Shown: positions 1-13,552, counted from the first letter of the stretch. The stretch is 64,000 nucleotides of DNA from Octopus vulgaris (GCA_951406725.2 OX597820.1:78740001-78804000); one strand, 5' to 3'. Notes: a model not told the origin generated them from the sequence alone. Made by a program: numbers and translations.

Positions 1-81
1 TGTATGTGTTTGTATGTATATATGTATGTGTGTGATGTATGTATGTATGTATGTATGTATGTATGTATGTATTAAGCATGT

Positions 82-515
82 AGGCGCAGGAGTGGCTGAG
101 TGGTAAGAAGCTTGCTTCCCAACCACATGGTTCCGTGTTCAGTCCCACTGCGTAGCACCCTGGGCATCTTGTTCTTGTTATTTCGACCTCTTGGGCAAAA
201 GCCTTGTGAATTTGGTAAACGGAAACTAAAAGAAGCCCATCGTACATATATGTATGTATATATATGTATATATATATTTGAGTGTGTATGTGTGTATGTA
301 TGTTCGCATGTATATGTTTGTAAGTTTGTGTTTGTCCTCCCAACATTGCTTCACAACCGATGTTGGTGTGTTTACGCCACCGAAACCTAGCGGTTCAGCA
401 AAAGAGAACTATAGAATAAGTACTGGTCTTACAAAGAATAAGTCCTAGGGTCGACTTCTTCGACAAAAGGCGGTGCTTCAGCATGGCCGCAGTCAAAATG
501 ACTGAAACAAGTAAA
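82..515 (+). mobile_element. tRNA-derived SINE family A (head + internal TA/TG microsatellite + 3' body with CR1-like tail)
   Basis: A-box-like TGGCTGAGTGG (93-103), B-box-like GTTCAGTCC (137-145), central microsatellite, tail GGCGGTGCTTCAGCATGGCCGCAGTCAAAATGACTGAAAC; more than 15 related copies in the window. Confidence 0.9.
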
Positions 516-685
516 TGAGTATGTATGTATGTATGCATGTATATGTGTATGTATGTATTATGTATGCATGTATGTATGTATGTATTATGTATGTATTATG
601 TATGTATGTGTATGTATGTACTATGTATACATATATATATATATATATATATATAATGTGTGTGTGTGTGTATGTATGTATTAAG

Positions 686-716
<31 letters not shown>

Positions 717-863
717 TATGTATGTAAGTATAAACATGCCGTACCTGTAATGTGGAACTCTTAGAAATTCAGGACAGTCTGAAAAACTGATGGAATGTGT
801 TAATTAGAAAGGAAGAATAAGGAGAAAAACTGCAACAGCGGAACAGGTAAATGGTCTAAAAAG

Positions 864-932
<69 letters not shown>

Positions 933-1379
933 CAGATACTGTCTTCTGGGAGAGAATTCAAAATAAGTGAAGTCTTGTAGAAATAATTCTGCAATAGACA
1001 TGAGCATCACATCTAAAGTGGACGATGAGAAAATGTCTACAGAGAAATAATGAGCAACTTTTAGACACTACACAGTTTATGTTGTCGGGTTTCCAATTGT
1101 AGCAACGGTCACTGGACCGATTTGTTATGTGATAAAAATGGTTCAAAGCTATGAGATTTCACCTTTACAAAGGTCTCCTTCAAACAGTTGATTAACTGAC
1201 TTCAGTTACAGTCTGTCTGTCATGAGGAAATGTTTAAAATATGTAAAACATTCCGGATTCTGCTATAGATCAGTTGGAATTCGTATCTATTCCACCCCAA
1301 CGAATTTTATCGTTTAATGAGTTAAGTTTGTATTAATGAAAATTGAAAAATATCACTGAAGAGACAATACGTACAAATA

Positions 1380-2791
1380 TACTGCGTTGACAGATAAATT
1401 CGTTCGTTTCTTTCCGATGTTGTTTGAATTTATACCAGAAATACTTTTTATGGAGGTTTCCAGCTCTATTCTTTCTCTGCAACTTTCGTTTACTGTTTTT
1501 GAAATTTGAATAAATTTTATCTCTTTGCAGACATTGATGATGGAATGCCAAGCAGAAAAATAATGATCATTTTCAAAACCTGCTTCTCTTCGCTTTCAAT
1601 CAAAGTTCCAAAACTTTCAAAGCCGCCTCAAGACATTTGTGCTGTATATGGAAAAAAAAGTGCTATTTCGATAAAAAAAAAAGAGCTCTACAGAAATAGA
1701 AATTCAGCCTCACAAACTCTGCGGTTCGACCAATCTGTTCAGTTGTATGAAGATCGATTGAACCAACTCATCCAGGAGGATCCACGTCACTCCATTGGGG
1801 AATTAAAACGGCGATAGGATACTCTCATGATACCTTGTCACCTTCACTCGATGGCTAAGGTGCAAATGACCTAACCGGTGATACAGTGAGATTCTCCCCG
1901 TCGTAAATGCTATTTGGGTTGAGAAGTTCTACCGCACCCACCGTATTCTCTTTATATTAGGCCTTCAGGTTATCATCTTTTTGCAACGACTTTCAATCAG
2001 TCTGTGAAGTGTTTCGTTTAACAATGATATGGAACTGAAAAGACGGCTCGATGAATTCTTACAATCAAGACTCTGTGGTTTCTAGAGTCAAGGAATTGAT
2101 AAGCTAGTGGAGCATTGGCAAGAAGTTGTGAACAGTGAAGGAGGTTATATTATAGATTGATTTGTTAACTTTTTTTATAATGTTGACAAAATTATTAACA
2201 TATTTTTTTACGGGAAGAAAAGAAAAAAAAACATTAAAAGTATAAAAGATGAGAAAAAACACCGCTACCTCATCAAAGAACCAAAGAAAAAGAAAAAGGC
2301 GATGATTACGCAGCAGAAAATGGGGGAAAGGGGGAGTAACGGGTTGCATACCTCGGAGTGCTTAGCTGTGCCTCGCTGACATGATTACAAAAATATTGCC
2401 ATGGAGAATGGCCAGCGACACTCGATTCAGCAGCCACCCTACCTTATGGTACTCATTTCTCAAACGGGCCGTCGTTATCCCGATCTTACAGAGAAAATCA
2501 GCAGTGTGGGGTCCTTGAAGACCAGCGTTCTCGATGGTGACCGGCACAAACTGATAGCGGCCGGTCGGGTTTCTGTACTTGTTTATCATTCTTTCCTTTA
2601 CATCACGGGCAAGGTTCGGGTCAGCTGCTTAATCCCCCCCTTTTTTTTTTCTTTTTCTCTGTCTCCTTAGTAAGATAGTTACGGGTGTATTTTTTGTTTG
2701 TTTTTTTCGATAATTTGTTAAAATAGTTAATGAAAAATAAGAATTTAAATAAATTGGGAAAAAAACGAACGAATTTGTTGACTACCCAATA
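1380..2791 (+). pseudogene. Decayed mariner (Mos1/Hsmar-like) transposon with degenerate TIRs, interrupted by a LINE fragment
   Basis: Translation near 1915-2160 gives LG*EVLPHPPYSLYIRPSGYHLF and GIDKLVEHWQEVVNSEGGYIID* (mariner WEVLPHPPYSPDLAPSDYHLF motif and C-terminus); HTH-like piece in ORF 1506-1817; ends share AAATTCGTTCGTTT / AAACGAACGAATTT. Confidence 0.85.
2215..2640 (-). mobile_element. 3' fragment of a CRE-like non-LTR retrotransposon (restriction-like endonuclease C-terminus)
   Basis: ORF 2362-2589 KY..RYQFVPVTIENAGLQGP..FL..WLLNRVSLAILHGN matches the CRE-clade FxPxxxETxG..G...QRxSxAxQRGN pattern; TTACGGG on both sides (2208, 2679) may be a TSD. Confidence 0.7.
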
Positions 2792-3262
2792 TTATCGCTT
2801 TAGTTTAATCAAAAAAATTTATTTAGAGTTTTGGTTACATGCATAGATTTACATACATTAGCATCTTTATGTATAACATATGAGAAAAAAACAAAGTCCA
2901 AAGATACTGGTGGTCAACATCAGCAAACATTTTACAGCAAACTTCATGAATTTGCATAAGCTTGTATGATATGAGGGGGGAGGGAGGAATCTACAAAACT
3001 GCCTTCGTTATCTGACAGAAGAATGGCTTAGAACACACACACACACGTATACCTCTGTATGTGTGCATGTGTATTTATGCGAGAGTTTTGTCTGTGTATT
3101 ATCTTTGTGTGTATGCATGTTTGTGTACAAGTATGAGAGCATGCTATAAAGCAAGATGCGAGACGCTCCACATGTCAAGTCGATTTTTAGCGTTCAATTC
3201 CCGAGTGTTCTCGTTTCACTTCTCATACATTGTTAATACCTTCCAACGAAAGAATAATCACA

Positions 3263-3700
3263 TTCTCTTTCTCTCTCTCTCTCATTCTCTCTCTCTTTCT
3301 CATTTTTTATCTCTCTCACTCTTTCTCTCTCACTTTCTCCCTTCCTCTTTTTCTTTCTCTCTCCCTCTCTCCCTCTTTTTCTTTCTCTCTCTCTCTTCCT
3401 CTTTTTCTTTCTCTCACTTTCTCTCTCTCTCTTCCCCTTTCCCCTGTCTCTCACTCTTTCTTTTTTCGTTTCTCTCTTTTTCTTCCTCTCTCTCTCACAC
3501 TCTCTCCCTCTCTCTCTTCCTCTTTTTCTTTCTCTCACTTTCTCTCTCTCTTTTTCTTTTCCCCTCTCTCTCTCTCTTCTTCTTTTTCTTTCTCTCTCTC
3601 CCCCTCTCTCCTCCTCTTTTTATCTCTCTCTCTCTTCTCCTTTCCCCTTTCCCCTCTCTCACTCTTTCTCTTTTCATTTCTCTCTCTCTCTTTCTTCTAA
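3263..3700. repeat. CT-rich polypyrimidine low-complexity tract
   Basis: Degenerate (CT)n/(CTTT)n, nearly purine-free on the + strand. Confidence 0.95.
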
Positions 3701-3808
3701 TATATTAGCGGCGTTTACCTCAGTAAGACATCATTATTCACTAGTCTAGGTTTGAGAGTTGTTCTTGTTGCTATGATTGTGGTTGCTATTGTTGTTGTTG
3801 TTACTGTT

Positions 3809-4036
3809 CGGCCAAGCAGAGCCGAACACAGAGGGGACAATACAAAGTAGAATTTTTCTTATAGAAAGAGAAAAAAACGATCAAAAGGGATCGAAGACGT
3901 TTGTGACATGTAACAGCAAAAACAAAATGGCGTAAAAATGTAAAAGAGGTTTATTCGTGGAAAGAAAAGCCTACGAAAAAGACCACGGTAACCTCAGGTA
4001 GAGAAAGTAATACATGAGAACAAAGCGCTCTCTCTC

Positions 4037-4090
<54 letters not shown>

Positions 4091-5045
4091 GGATTTACAG
4101 CATCATGCTCAAAGTGGTTTCGTCACTCGCACGTACCATCTTTGCTAAATTCACCCACCATTTTTTGAAACTTTTATGAAACAAAACTTCCCTCTCTATT
4201 CTCACCTTCCTTTTCAAGTGGTACTTGAAAAGGTTGATGAGCGACTGGCCAGAGAGGAAAATGTTTCTCTAAACCTTTCGCAAGAGTCCACCACACACAT
4301 TCTTTCACCATAGCCACCAGTACAATGAAAACTGCCTGGCCTTCCTGGTTAAGGGAAGGTGGCGGAGCAATGTTCACGATAGACTCGGCCGATAACCGAA
4401 TTCGTCCTACATGTGACAGCAACTGTTCTACATAAGACCACAGGTCTGAAATGGTTGGACATTGCACGAGTGAGTGCAGAACGGTTTCGTCGCTCTGACC
4501 GCATCTCGGGCAAGTCGGTCCGGTGTATCTCGAACCGTGCCTGTAGAGCTTATCCCGAACGAGCAATGCTTCCCGATAGCACTGCCAGGCCAGGGACTTC
4601 TGGTGATCATCCGTAGGTCCCGGCCCGAAAGTTGTCCTGAACAGGTGAGGCAGGTGTTCCCCATCGACGCCCATATTCTCCTCAAGAACGTCGTCGCACC
4701 TCCCCTCCATTAATCCTCTATAGAACGACTTTGTGGAATAGAAGTCGCACAAGTTTGGTCTCAGACAGCAGAGTTGCTTGAGAGCAAGGCGGCACTCGCA
4801 GTGTCATTCACCTAACCTCGGTCTCTGTTTGATCCATGACTGCAGTGCGGCCAAAGAGAGGAGCTACGGAAAAGCACGCCTCACAAACGGCGACCACACC
4901 CATTCACCGTCGTCTATGATGCGCCGGAGCTGTAGTCTCAGCTCATGTCTGCGCATCATAAACCACGTCATGACCAATACTCCATTTAGCGGGTTAGGGT
5001 TAGAGCAAATGGATCACCTAACCATCGGAACACTTCCCAGGCACA
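3809..5045 (-). mobile_element. 5'-truncated Tx1/L1-clade LINE, copy A (ORF2 C-terminus + 3' UTR)
   Basis: ORF 4174-4752 has a zf-RVT-type CCHC motif (LAWQCYREALLVRDKL..CPRCGQSDETVLHSLVQCP); frameshifted; homologous to 5337-6700. Confidence 0.85.
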
Positions 5046-5046
5046 C

Positions 5047-5109
<63 letters not shown>

Positions 5110-5254
5110 CAGATAGACAGACAGACAGACAGGTTGGCAGGCAGACAGACAGACAGACAGGCGGGCAGACAGGCGGGCAGGCAGGCAGACAGACAGACAG
5201 ACAGACAGACAGGCAGGCAGCCAGACAGACAGACAGACAGGCAGCCAGACAGAC

Positions 5255-5336
<82 letters not shown>
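5046..5336. repeat. (GATA)n/(GACA)n/(GGCA)n compound microsatellite
   Basis: Direct reading. Confidence 0.95.
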
Positions 5337-5338
<2 letters not shown>

Positions 5339-6700
5339 TTCTTTATTAGCCACGCAGAGCCGAACACAGAGAAGACAATGTAGAATTTTGTTTTTTCGAA
5401 AACGATCAAAAGGGATCGAAAACGTTTTGGGAAGCGTACAGAAGGAAATAGCAAAGTGTCGTTTTAACAATTAGAGTTCCCAAAAGGGGGCGTAAATGTA
5501 ATACTGACTAGGGTTATCCGTGAAAAGAAAAACCTACGTAAAAAATCTTCGGAAAAGAAAAACATGAGAGCAAAGCGCTCTTTCATTGTTTTATAGGTTC
5601 ATGCTCAAGGTGGTTCCGTCAACCACACGTACCAGCCTTGCTATATTTACCCAGCTTTTGTTAAACTTTCATTAGACAAAACTTCCCTCTCTATTCTCAC
5701 CTTCCTTTTCAAGTTGGCCAGAGAGGAAAGTATTTGTCGCTAAACATTTTAAATGAGTCCACCATGCACATTCTTTCACAATAGCCACTAGTACGATCAA
5801 AACTACCTTGCCTTCCCTGTTAAAGGTAGGTGGCGGGGAAATATTTACGATAAACTCGGCGGATAACCGGACTCGTCCCACACGTGACAGCAGCCGTTCG
5901 ACACAGGCCCACTGATCTGAAATATTTGGACATTGCACGAGTGTGTACAGAACGGTTTCGTCGTTCTGACCGCATCTCGGGCAAGTCGTGTGTCTTGAAC
6001 CGTATCTGTAAACCTTATCTCGAACGGGCAATGCTTCCCGATAGCACTGCCAGGCCAGAGATCTCTAGAAATAGTCCCTAGTTCCTTGCCCGAAACTGAT
6101 CCTGAAGAGGCGGGTCATGTATTCCTCGTCAACGCCCAAAGTTTCCCCAGGAACGTCGTCGCCCCTCCACTCCACTAGTCCTCTATAGAACGCCTTTGTA
6201 GAATTGAACCCGGATGGCAGAGCTGCTCGCGAGCTTGGCGACATTTGTAGTGCAATTTGCCCAGCTTCGGTCTCTCCTTGATCCATGATTGCAGTTCGGT
6301 CAGAGAGACAACCACGGTATACCCAGCCCTCCATTTAGCAGTTGTTGACAGTAAATGGCTCGCCTGACCATCGGAAGCAGAAGAGGATGCGTTCCAGTTT
6401 CATGATTGTAGGGTCGGAACAAGGCACGACAGTCAAGCGGTAGATGACGGATGCGATGTACGTATTCGCCACCTTAGCCCGATCTTTTAGAGATAGCTTC
6501 CTCTCGGCCTATAGCTGGGTGAGTAGTGGTCACACTACTTGTTATCTCATCCCGATTATTCTTCAATTGGAGGTCTGGACCGAACCAGACCTCGAGCAAT
6601 TTAACTGGTCCGTCGATCCAGTGTCCCACGATGGAGACACTGTTGGACGGCATGGGCTTGTTTCTCCAGGTGCCGAGCTGCAAGTCCACTGACTTTTCCG
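5337..6700 (-). mobile_element. 5'-truncated Tx1/L1-clade LINE, copy B, 3' end abutting (TATC)n
   Basis: WIDGPVKLLEVWFG post-RT motif (ORF 6474-6770), CPRCGQNDETVLYTLVQCP (ORF 5672-6031), 3' end ...GTGGCTAATAAAGAAAT. Confidence 0.85.
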
Positions 6701-7120
6701 TAGCTGTAAATGAGGGCCTCTGCAAGGGACTGGTACCTCGTTCAAAGGGAGCGTTGTGACCCCAGGTCACTTATATGCCATAGAAACAGGGTAGCCGGTC
6801 TTATGACTCTTAAGGGTCGAAGCTACTTTTTATGAGGTGATAAGGTAGCGACCGACAAGTAATACGCGTGGCTACGTGGCTTGGAAGTTCACTTCGAAAC
6901 CACATGATTCCGGGTCGCCCTCAGGACGTGAAACACTGCTTGAGTGCTTCCTACCATAATCTTGGTGTAATTAAAACATTTTGAGCGGATTTGGTTGAAA
7001 GGAACTGTTTGGACACGTGTCATAACGTGTGTGCTTTTGTATAGTGAGAGTACATGTGTGTGTGCGCGTGCATGCGCATGTGTGAAGGTGTATGTGTGTG
7101 GTTGTGTGAGTGCGTACATA

Positions 7121-7335
7121 TACTCTTTTACTTGTTTCAGTCATTTGACTGCGGCCATGCTGGAGCACCGCCTTTAGTCGAGCAAATCGACCCCAGGACT
7201 TATTCTTTGTAAGTCTAGTACTTATTCTATTGGTCTCTTTTGCCGAACCGCTAAGTTACGGGGACGTAAACATACCAGCATTGGTTGTCATGTGATGTTG
7301 GGGGGCAAACAGGGACACACTAGCATATACACACG

Positions 7336-7386
<51 letters not shown>

Positions 7387-7558
7387 CATATATACGACGG
7401 GCTTCTTTCAGTTTCTCTCTACCAAATCCACTCACAAGGCTTTGGTCGGCTCGAGACTATAGTAGAAGACACTTGCCCAAGGTGCCACGCAGTGGGACTG
7501 AACCCCGAACCATGTGGTTGGTAAGCAAGCTACTTACCACAGAGCCACTCCTACGCCT
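7121..7558 (-). mobile_element. SINE family A, full-length
   Basis: Reverse-complement homologue of 82-515 with central (TA)n. Confidence 0.9.
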
Positions 7559-7944
7559 ATGTGTACGTGAAGTGTTTGTCTCAGCATAACTGAAACAAGT
7601 AAAAAAAAAACAGAAGATAAAGGCGAAGAGAAAATCATTGAAAAGGTTGCAAGCAGCAACGAAAGAGCCCTGACAAAACAAATAAATAAATGACTTAACG
7701 AAGCTACACGAACAATCGATTTGTTAGTTGGATATTTAAGCAACTGACTAATAATAAAGGAATGGAATTGAACTAGTGTGCGTGTGTTAATGATATTGAC
7801 ATAATGACTCTCTCTAGACACAACAGAAGATAAAGATATGCTAAATCAACTACCCTAGCATCACTCAAATATGGATACCTTTAAAGGTATTTGTATGCAT
7901 AATACGATTTAAACCTGAATTAATATTCATTTTTAAGTGTGTAA

Positions 7945-8325
7945 TCTTTTACGTGTTTCAGTCATTGGACTGCAGCCATGCTGGGGTACCGCTTTGAAGG
8001 ATGTAGTCGAACAAACCGATTCCAATTCTTTTTTAAGTCATTCTATCTATTTTTGACGAACTGTTAAGTGACGAGGGGATAAACAAACTAAAACTAAGTG
8101 ATAGTGGAGGCCAAACACAAACACAACAGCACATACACACACACATACACACATATATACATACATACCACGGGCTTCTACGCAGTTTCCGTCACCCAAA
8201 TTCACTCACAAGGCATTGGTTGGCCCGAGGCTATAGGAAAAACACTTGCTCAAGATGCCATCGAGTTGAACTGATCTCGAAACGCTGTGGTTACAAAGCG
8301 CGCTTCTTAAACACCCAGCCATGTC
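7945..8325 (-). mobile_element. SINE family A, diverged copy
   Basis: GTTTCAGTCATTGGACTGCAGCCATGCTGGGG tail, central CA/TA tract, diverged head. Confidence 0.8.
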
Positions 8326-8622
8326 TACTCATATTAAATATTAAAACAAATTATGATGGGGTTACATTACTTATAGTGCAAGGACAAAATTATTATCGTG
8401 AAAACTAATAATATTTTATGGAGATGTTAAGAACATACGGAATATACAATCCTGAAGCGAATATTGGATAATACAATGTAGAAACAAAAGAAACGAGGTC
8501 CCATTCTAGATTCGTTGGTCTTGGCATGACCTTCGGTTAAGTATCAAAAAGAACCTGACCTTGAATTAGTTACGAACTAATAAAACATCAAGGTCAACTG
8601 CCGGATATATATACATATATAT

Positions 8623-8679
<57 letters not shown>

Positions 8680-9744
8680 TCATTACCTATAATCCAATAA
8701 CACATATTAGCATGTAAATTGTAACAGGCAGAGATTAGCTATGAAACTTCTTTGAACATTATACTGTTGTGTACATCATACAACGAGTGAAATACCATTA
8801 TTTGAATTTATGACTTACGACACCGTTGAACATATATTACAGCTCATAACATTCGCATGTCATAACCGTGTCGACAAGCTACAACTATTGGGACCGATAA
8901 TACAAGAGATTGTCGACCGAATCAAAAACTGAAATGGGAAAATAGCTCTTTTTTCTTTCCTCTTTTTTGTTCTTGCAAAGAGAAACAGATAAATATGGAA
9001 TGTGATGCCATGTTTCGTGTGTATTAAGATATTTATTGCTTTGTGCAATGCAATTGGTTTGTGTAATTTGCAAAAGATATAATGTAAAAGTATACATATC
9101 CTTTCACTAACACAGATTTGAACCCGCTTATGAAACCTCTCTCCACATATGCCTACAACCAGTGGCGGACTGGGCCTCAAAATATTGGTAGCCAGGAGAG
9201 TAAGGGGGCCCATCCGCAACTACAATGCTAGCATTTTTTTTTCTTTATAAATATTCTTTACAACTGTCTACAAACACAGCCAGGTTGAAATAAATTAATG
9301 CATTCTTCCAGGAGAAGTGAGTAAAAAATTCTCAAACTTGAGGGGATGGGCCCCTTAGATACTAACATGGGCCCCCATATATAGATTCTAAACATGCCAT
9401 ACATGTATTTTTTCTATTAATGTGTCTTTGTATGTTGAGTATTTTGGATGCCAACAATTCCAGAATGTTGTGTTCATTACAACTTCTAAGTTCGTGTGCA
9501 CTAGATGCATGATTTTTTTTTGTCATGATCTAACAACGCCTCCGGGATTTCCCTTGTGACGCCTCATCAGAATGCATGAAGGGATTCTATACAAATATGT
9601 TTTCTGAGTTATCGCATCATGAATTCCATGTGGGATAATAATGTTGTTTTAGTTCCAATCTGCTATTTTATCAGTTTTTAACATTTTTATATTTTCTGGT
9701 ATGTTTACAAGATTTTCATGTTCTGTCGTTGGCTTGTGTATAAC

Positions 9745-9757
9745 AATCATGATGACA

Positions 9758-9789
<32 letters not shown>

Positions 9790-10025
9790 GGTGGTGGTGG
9801 TGGTGGTGGTGATGATGGTGGTGGTGTGCTGCTGGTGCGGTGCTGCTGGTGCAGGTGCTGGTGTTGCTGGTGCGGTTGTGGTGGTTGTGTTGGTGATGAT
9901 GGTGGGGATGATGATGATGATGATGATGGTGGTAGTAGTTTTGGCGGTGGTGGCGGTGGTGGTGGTGGTGGTGGTGGTGGGGTGATGAGGGGGATTTTCA
10001 TGATGATGATAATGACGATTATGAT
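9745..10025. repeat. Compound (GAT)n/(GGT)n/(GCT)n trinucleotide repeat
   Basis: Direct reading; gives homopolymer ORFs in several frames. Confidence 0.9.
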
Positions 10026-10171
10026 TTTTTGGTGTTGCTACCATTTCTACTGTTACTAACGCAACCATTACTGCTTTTGATATCATTTCTGACTATGTTG
10101 CTTTTGTGGCGACTTTCTTTGGAGAAAGGGATATTCCCATGACCTTTGTATGTGTGCAAGTCCCTATGCAC

Positions 10172-10247
<76 letters not shown>

Positions 10248-10250
<3 letters not shown>

Positions 10251-10872
10251 AAAAACACCGAGTGCTCCATTTCTTGTCCGGCTGTAATCATCGGCTGAGT
10301 GCCGTGCTTCGCCGAGATTTCGGCCCATTAAACTCAGCATCTCTCCACACGATGGGCCCACAACAGTTGGACGTATTGCGTTGCAACCGGACTCATGCCA
10401 GTTTTGTGGTCTTATACGCTTTCAGAAACCTCCTGGTAATCCAAGCACTACCCTCAACTGCTGTCTCCCCACATTCCTTGATGATTCTTCTCGCAGCAGA
10501 TACACCAGCCACCTTCAGAAACATTCTGAGAGAAGCTACTGGGAAACTTCTGCAGCCGGCATCGAAGGCAAACAGCTCACAGATGCAACCTTTCTCTCGA
10601 ATCTCAGCTCCCAGCTCTTCATAGCCCAAAAGCTTCCGCTCATGGGCCTCAGCAATGCTCTCCTCCCAGGGACCACACTGACCCTCATCTACCAAAACCA
10701 GGACAGGCCGGAATGCTGATACCAGGTTTAAGAGTGATTGATTCCTTTCAGTAACTGTCAACATAAGGAAGTGTTCAAGCCATTTCAGGCAATGGCTTGA
10801 ACACCTCCCATTTTCTGTCTTCGGCCTGCCGAGGGTTCTGTGTCTTTGGCATCACACCTTGCTTCACAAATG

Positions 10873-10873
<1 letters not shown>
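10248..10873 (-). mobile_element. HERO/R2-group RLE-type retrotransposon derivative flanked by (TA)n on both sides
   Basis: ORF 10393-10764 RPVLVL..PWEESIAEAHERKLLGYEEL..FDAGCRSF..SAWI matches the HERO-like endonuclease motif VPWEE...HERK..KY..L...VEVGCRGF; upstream part is non-coding with a perfect 14-bp hairpin at 10771-10804. Confidence 0.7.
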
Positions 10874-10919
<46 letters not shown>

Positions 10920-11864
10920 TATATATAATAAACCTTTACATAAATAAATAACGTGAAATACACGAAGGGACGAACAAAAAAGACAAACGGGTCATTCAAA
11001 GCCTTCGTTCTTCAGTCAGAAACTGATCCCTCATCGCAGATTTCGGCTGTTTAATTCTGAGATCCGCTCTGAATCAGCCAGCCATAGAAGGAAAGAATGC
11101 AACGCAACAGAGACGAACATGAAACGAAAAATCTTTTTTTGGAGACAATAACGGTTAAAAACATGGATGACACAGGTGCCCTACGGCTTTGAGACAAAAA
11201 GAGAGACACAAAAACAATATCAGCAAGCGTGGAAAAATAATTACCTTTTCGGTGATAAGACACATGTTGAACAAGCGGCCGATGGAAACAGAATGGCTGA
11301 GGCAGCAAGTCGCAAGAGGGTAAAAGAGAGAGGGGACCAAGGAGGGTGGAAGGCGAGGACAGAAGCAGTGACCGAGAGAGAGAGGGAGAGAAGGAATCAG
11401 AGAGGCTGGGAGAAAAAGGCACCAAAACAATTTGGCAACGAAGCAATGGCGAAGGAAAGAAAATAGTTTAAAGACATCGTGCAGGGGTTTTGATATGATA
11501 AACATAAAGAAGTTATTATGCACGTACGCTGCGAAATATATAATAAACCTTACATCCATACATATATGCACATATATATATATACACGAATATATACACG
11601 TATATACACACACACACATATTATGTGTGTGTGTGTGTGTTTAGGTAGAGAGAAAGAGAGAAAAATCAAAGCATCTCACGGAATATCGATTGTAATTTTC
11701 TTGCGATTCAATCCATAGGATTGTGCTTGAGTGTTGAAATAAGGAACACACTGTCCCACCCTCTTTCTTAACAAGATATGTGACCACACGCTAGTGTGTC
11801 CTGTCTTGGGTAGCGGTAATCCATGTACAGCTGAGCAACACTATATAGGTAGCATGTACTTCAA

Positions 11865-11936
<72 letters not shown>

Positions 11937-11940
<4 letters not shown>

Positions 11941-12240
11941 TAATCCAAACGGGAAAACAGAAAAAACAACAACACGTGGAACAATTAAAGTATTATTATT
12001 AGGCGCTCAGGAAAGAGGGAAGAAGGAGGGTATGATGTTTCGAGCGGAGCTCTTCGTCGGAAACATAAGAGAAGGAAGAAAGAAAGATCCCGAGGTGGGC
12101 GAACAGAGGGAAAAAAAACGCGACTGGTTTTTACGAAGTAAACATGATGAAAGGCCGGAAGCTTTGGATAACAGATGCTGGTTTTTAAAGACAAAAGAGC
12201 GAAAAAAGGAAGGTTGGTAACACTCGATGAATGGGAAGAA
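11937..12240 (-). mobile_element. Penelope-like pLTR-type fragment with degenerate minimal HHR (12030-12064)
   Basis: Minus strand GTTT-CCGACGA-A-GAGC-TCC-GCTC-GAAA-CATC; abuts (TA)n; homologous to 24797-25021 and 44783-44970. Confidence 0.6.
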
Positions 12241-12542
12241 TAATGTGTATGTATGTGTACGTGTGCGTGTGTGTATGTGTGTGTAAGGCGAGATTAAAAA
12301 AATATATATGTATATGTTAGTGCGTGCGTATGTATGTAAGTGCGTGTACGTAGGGCGAAAGGTAGTTGACATAGCAGTCACAAGTCAGTGGTCAGTGGTA
12401 AACAGGAGGAGGGAGGGAATGGGTGGGGGCGTATGTGCGTGTCGTGTGCGTGTTGAGAGTAGTGTGTGTGTGTCCAGTGTGCGTAGTTGTATGTATGGCA
12501 AGTAAATTTGAAGTGTGTGTAAGTGTAATGTATATATATATA

Positions 12543-12592
<50 letters not shown>

Positions 12593-12997
12593 GTCGTATA
12601 GTCAGCTGGAAACGTCGTTTCCTGGGGCTAAACAACAATAACAATCATCCTCTTCCAGGAGAGCCACATTATGTTGACAAAGTCTTTACTTTAAAGAAAT
12701 GTTACTAAATATCTCTCTTTGAGAGATTTAGAAAGAATAATGTTTCTATTTACACACATATATATACACACACATATATCATGAGATTTATGTAAATGTG
12801 TGTGTGTGTGTGTATGAATTTATAAAACAAGAATTTTTTCTGTGTTAGTAACAGCGGTTAGTTACTGAGTTTCCCTTATACAAATTACTTAAATATTATA
12901 TAAATATGATACAGCAGTAGCTGTGTGCTCACATGGCGTCAGGTGAGTGGGGCTGAGAGATGATATATTATGTATATATATAAATATATGTGTGGGG

Positions 12998-13060
<63 letters not shown>

Positions 13061-13063
<3 letters not shown>

Positions 13064-13446
13064 CGAATGGTTTACACCTGGTAGCTTACTGGTAAATCAC
13101 GGTCACTTTTAAAAGTATTTATTAACTTAGCCGGTTTCACTTATTTAAAAAGATTTTCAAAAGTAAAGTGTGAAGTTTTGTGTATTCTCTCTGGTGTCAA
13201 AAATTAATTTATAAAAATGTATTCAAAACAAGCGATAGAGGCTTTGACAATGATAAGAAAAGCTTTGAGGCTTTGCGTATCCTCTGTGATGGGTCAAAAA
13301 ATAGTTCGAATGAATATATCTCGGTCAAGTAATACAGTCTTTGACAAGAAAATAAAATATGTGTATCCTCTGTGATGAGTCAAGAAATAGTTCGCAGAGT
13401 ATACACATATTGTATCTTCTTGTCAAACATCCAACGTTACTTTGCC

Positions 13447-13447
<1 letters not shown>
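13061..13447 (-). mobile_element. TA-flanked PLE-like fragment with degenerate U3-A8 HHR (~13125-13164)
   Basis: Minus strand ACTT-TTGAAAA-TCTT..AAGT-GAAAC-CG-GCT-AAGT; internal direct repeat near 13275/13360; cleavage triplet mutated. Confidence 0.4.
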
Positions 13448-13500
<53 letters not shown>

Positions 13501-13503
13501 GTG

Positions 13504-13552
<49 letters not shown>

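Noticed and set aside
9649-10086. Gly/Asp/Pro/Thr-rich ORFs
   Set aside because: Compound trinucleotide microsatellite open in several frames on both strands, with no unique coding context
12590-12755. HHR in the TA-adjacent island (GAAACGTCGTTTC)
   Set aside because: No NUGANNA core in register with closing helices on either strand
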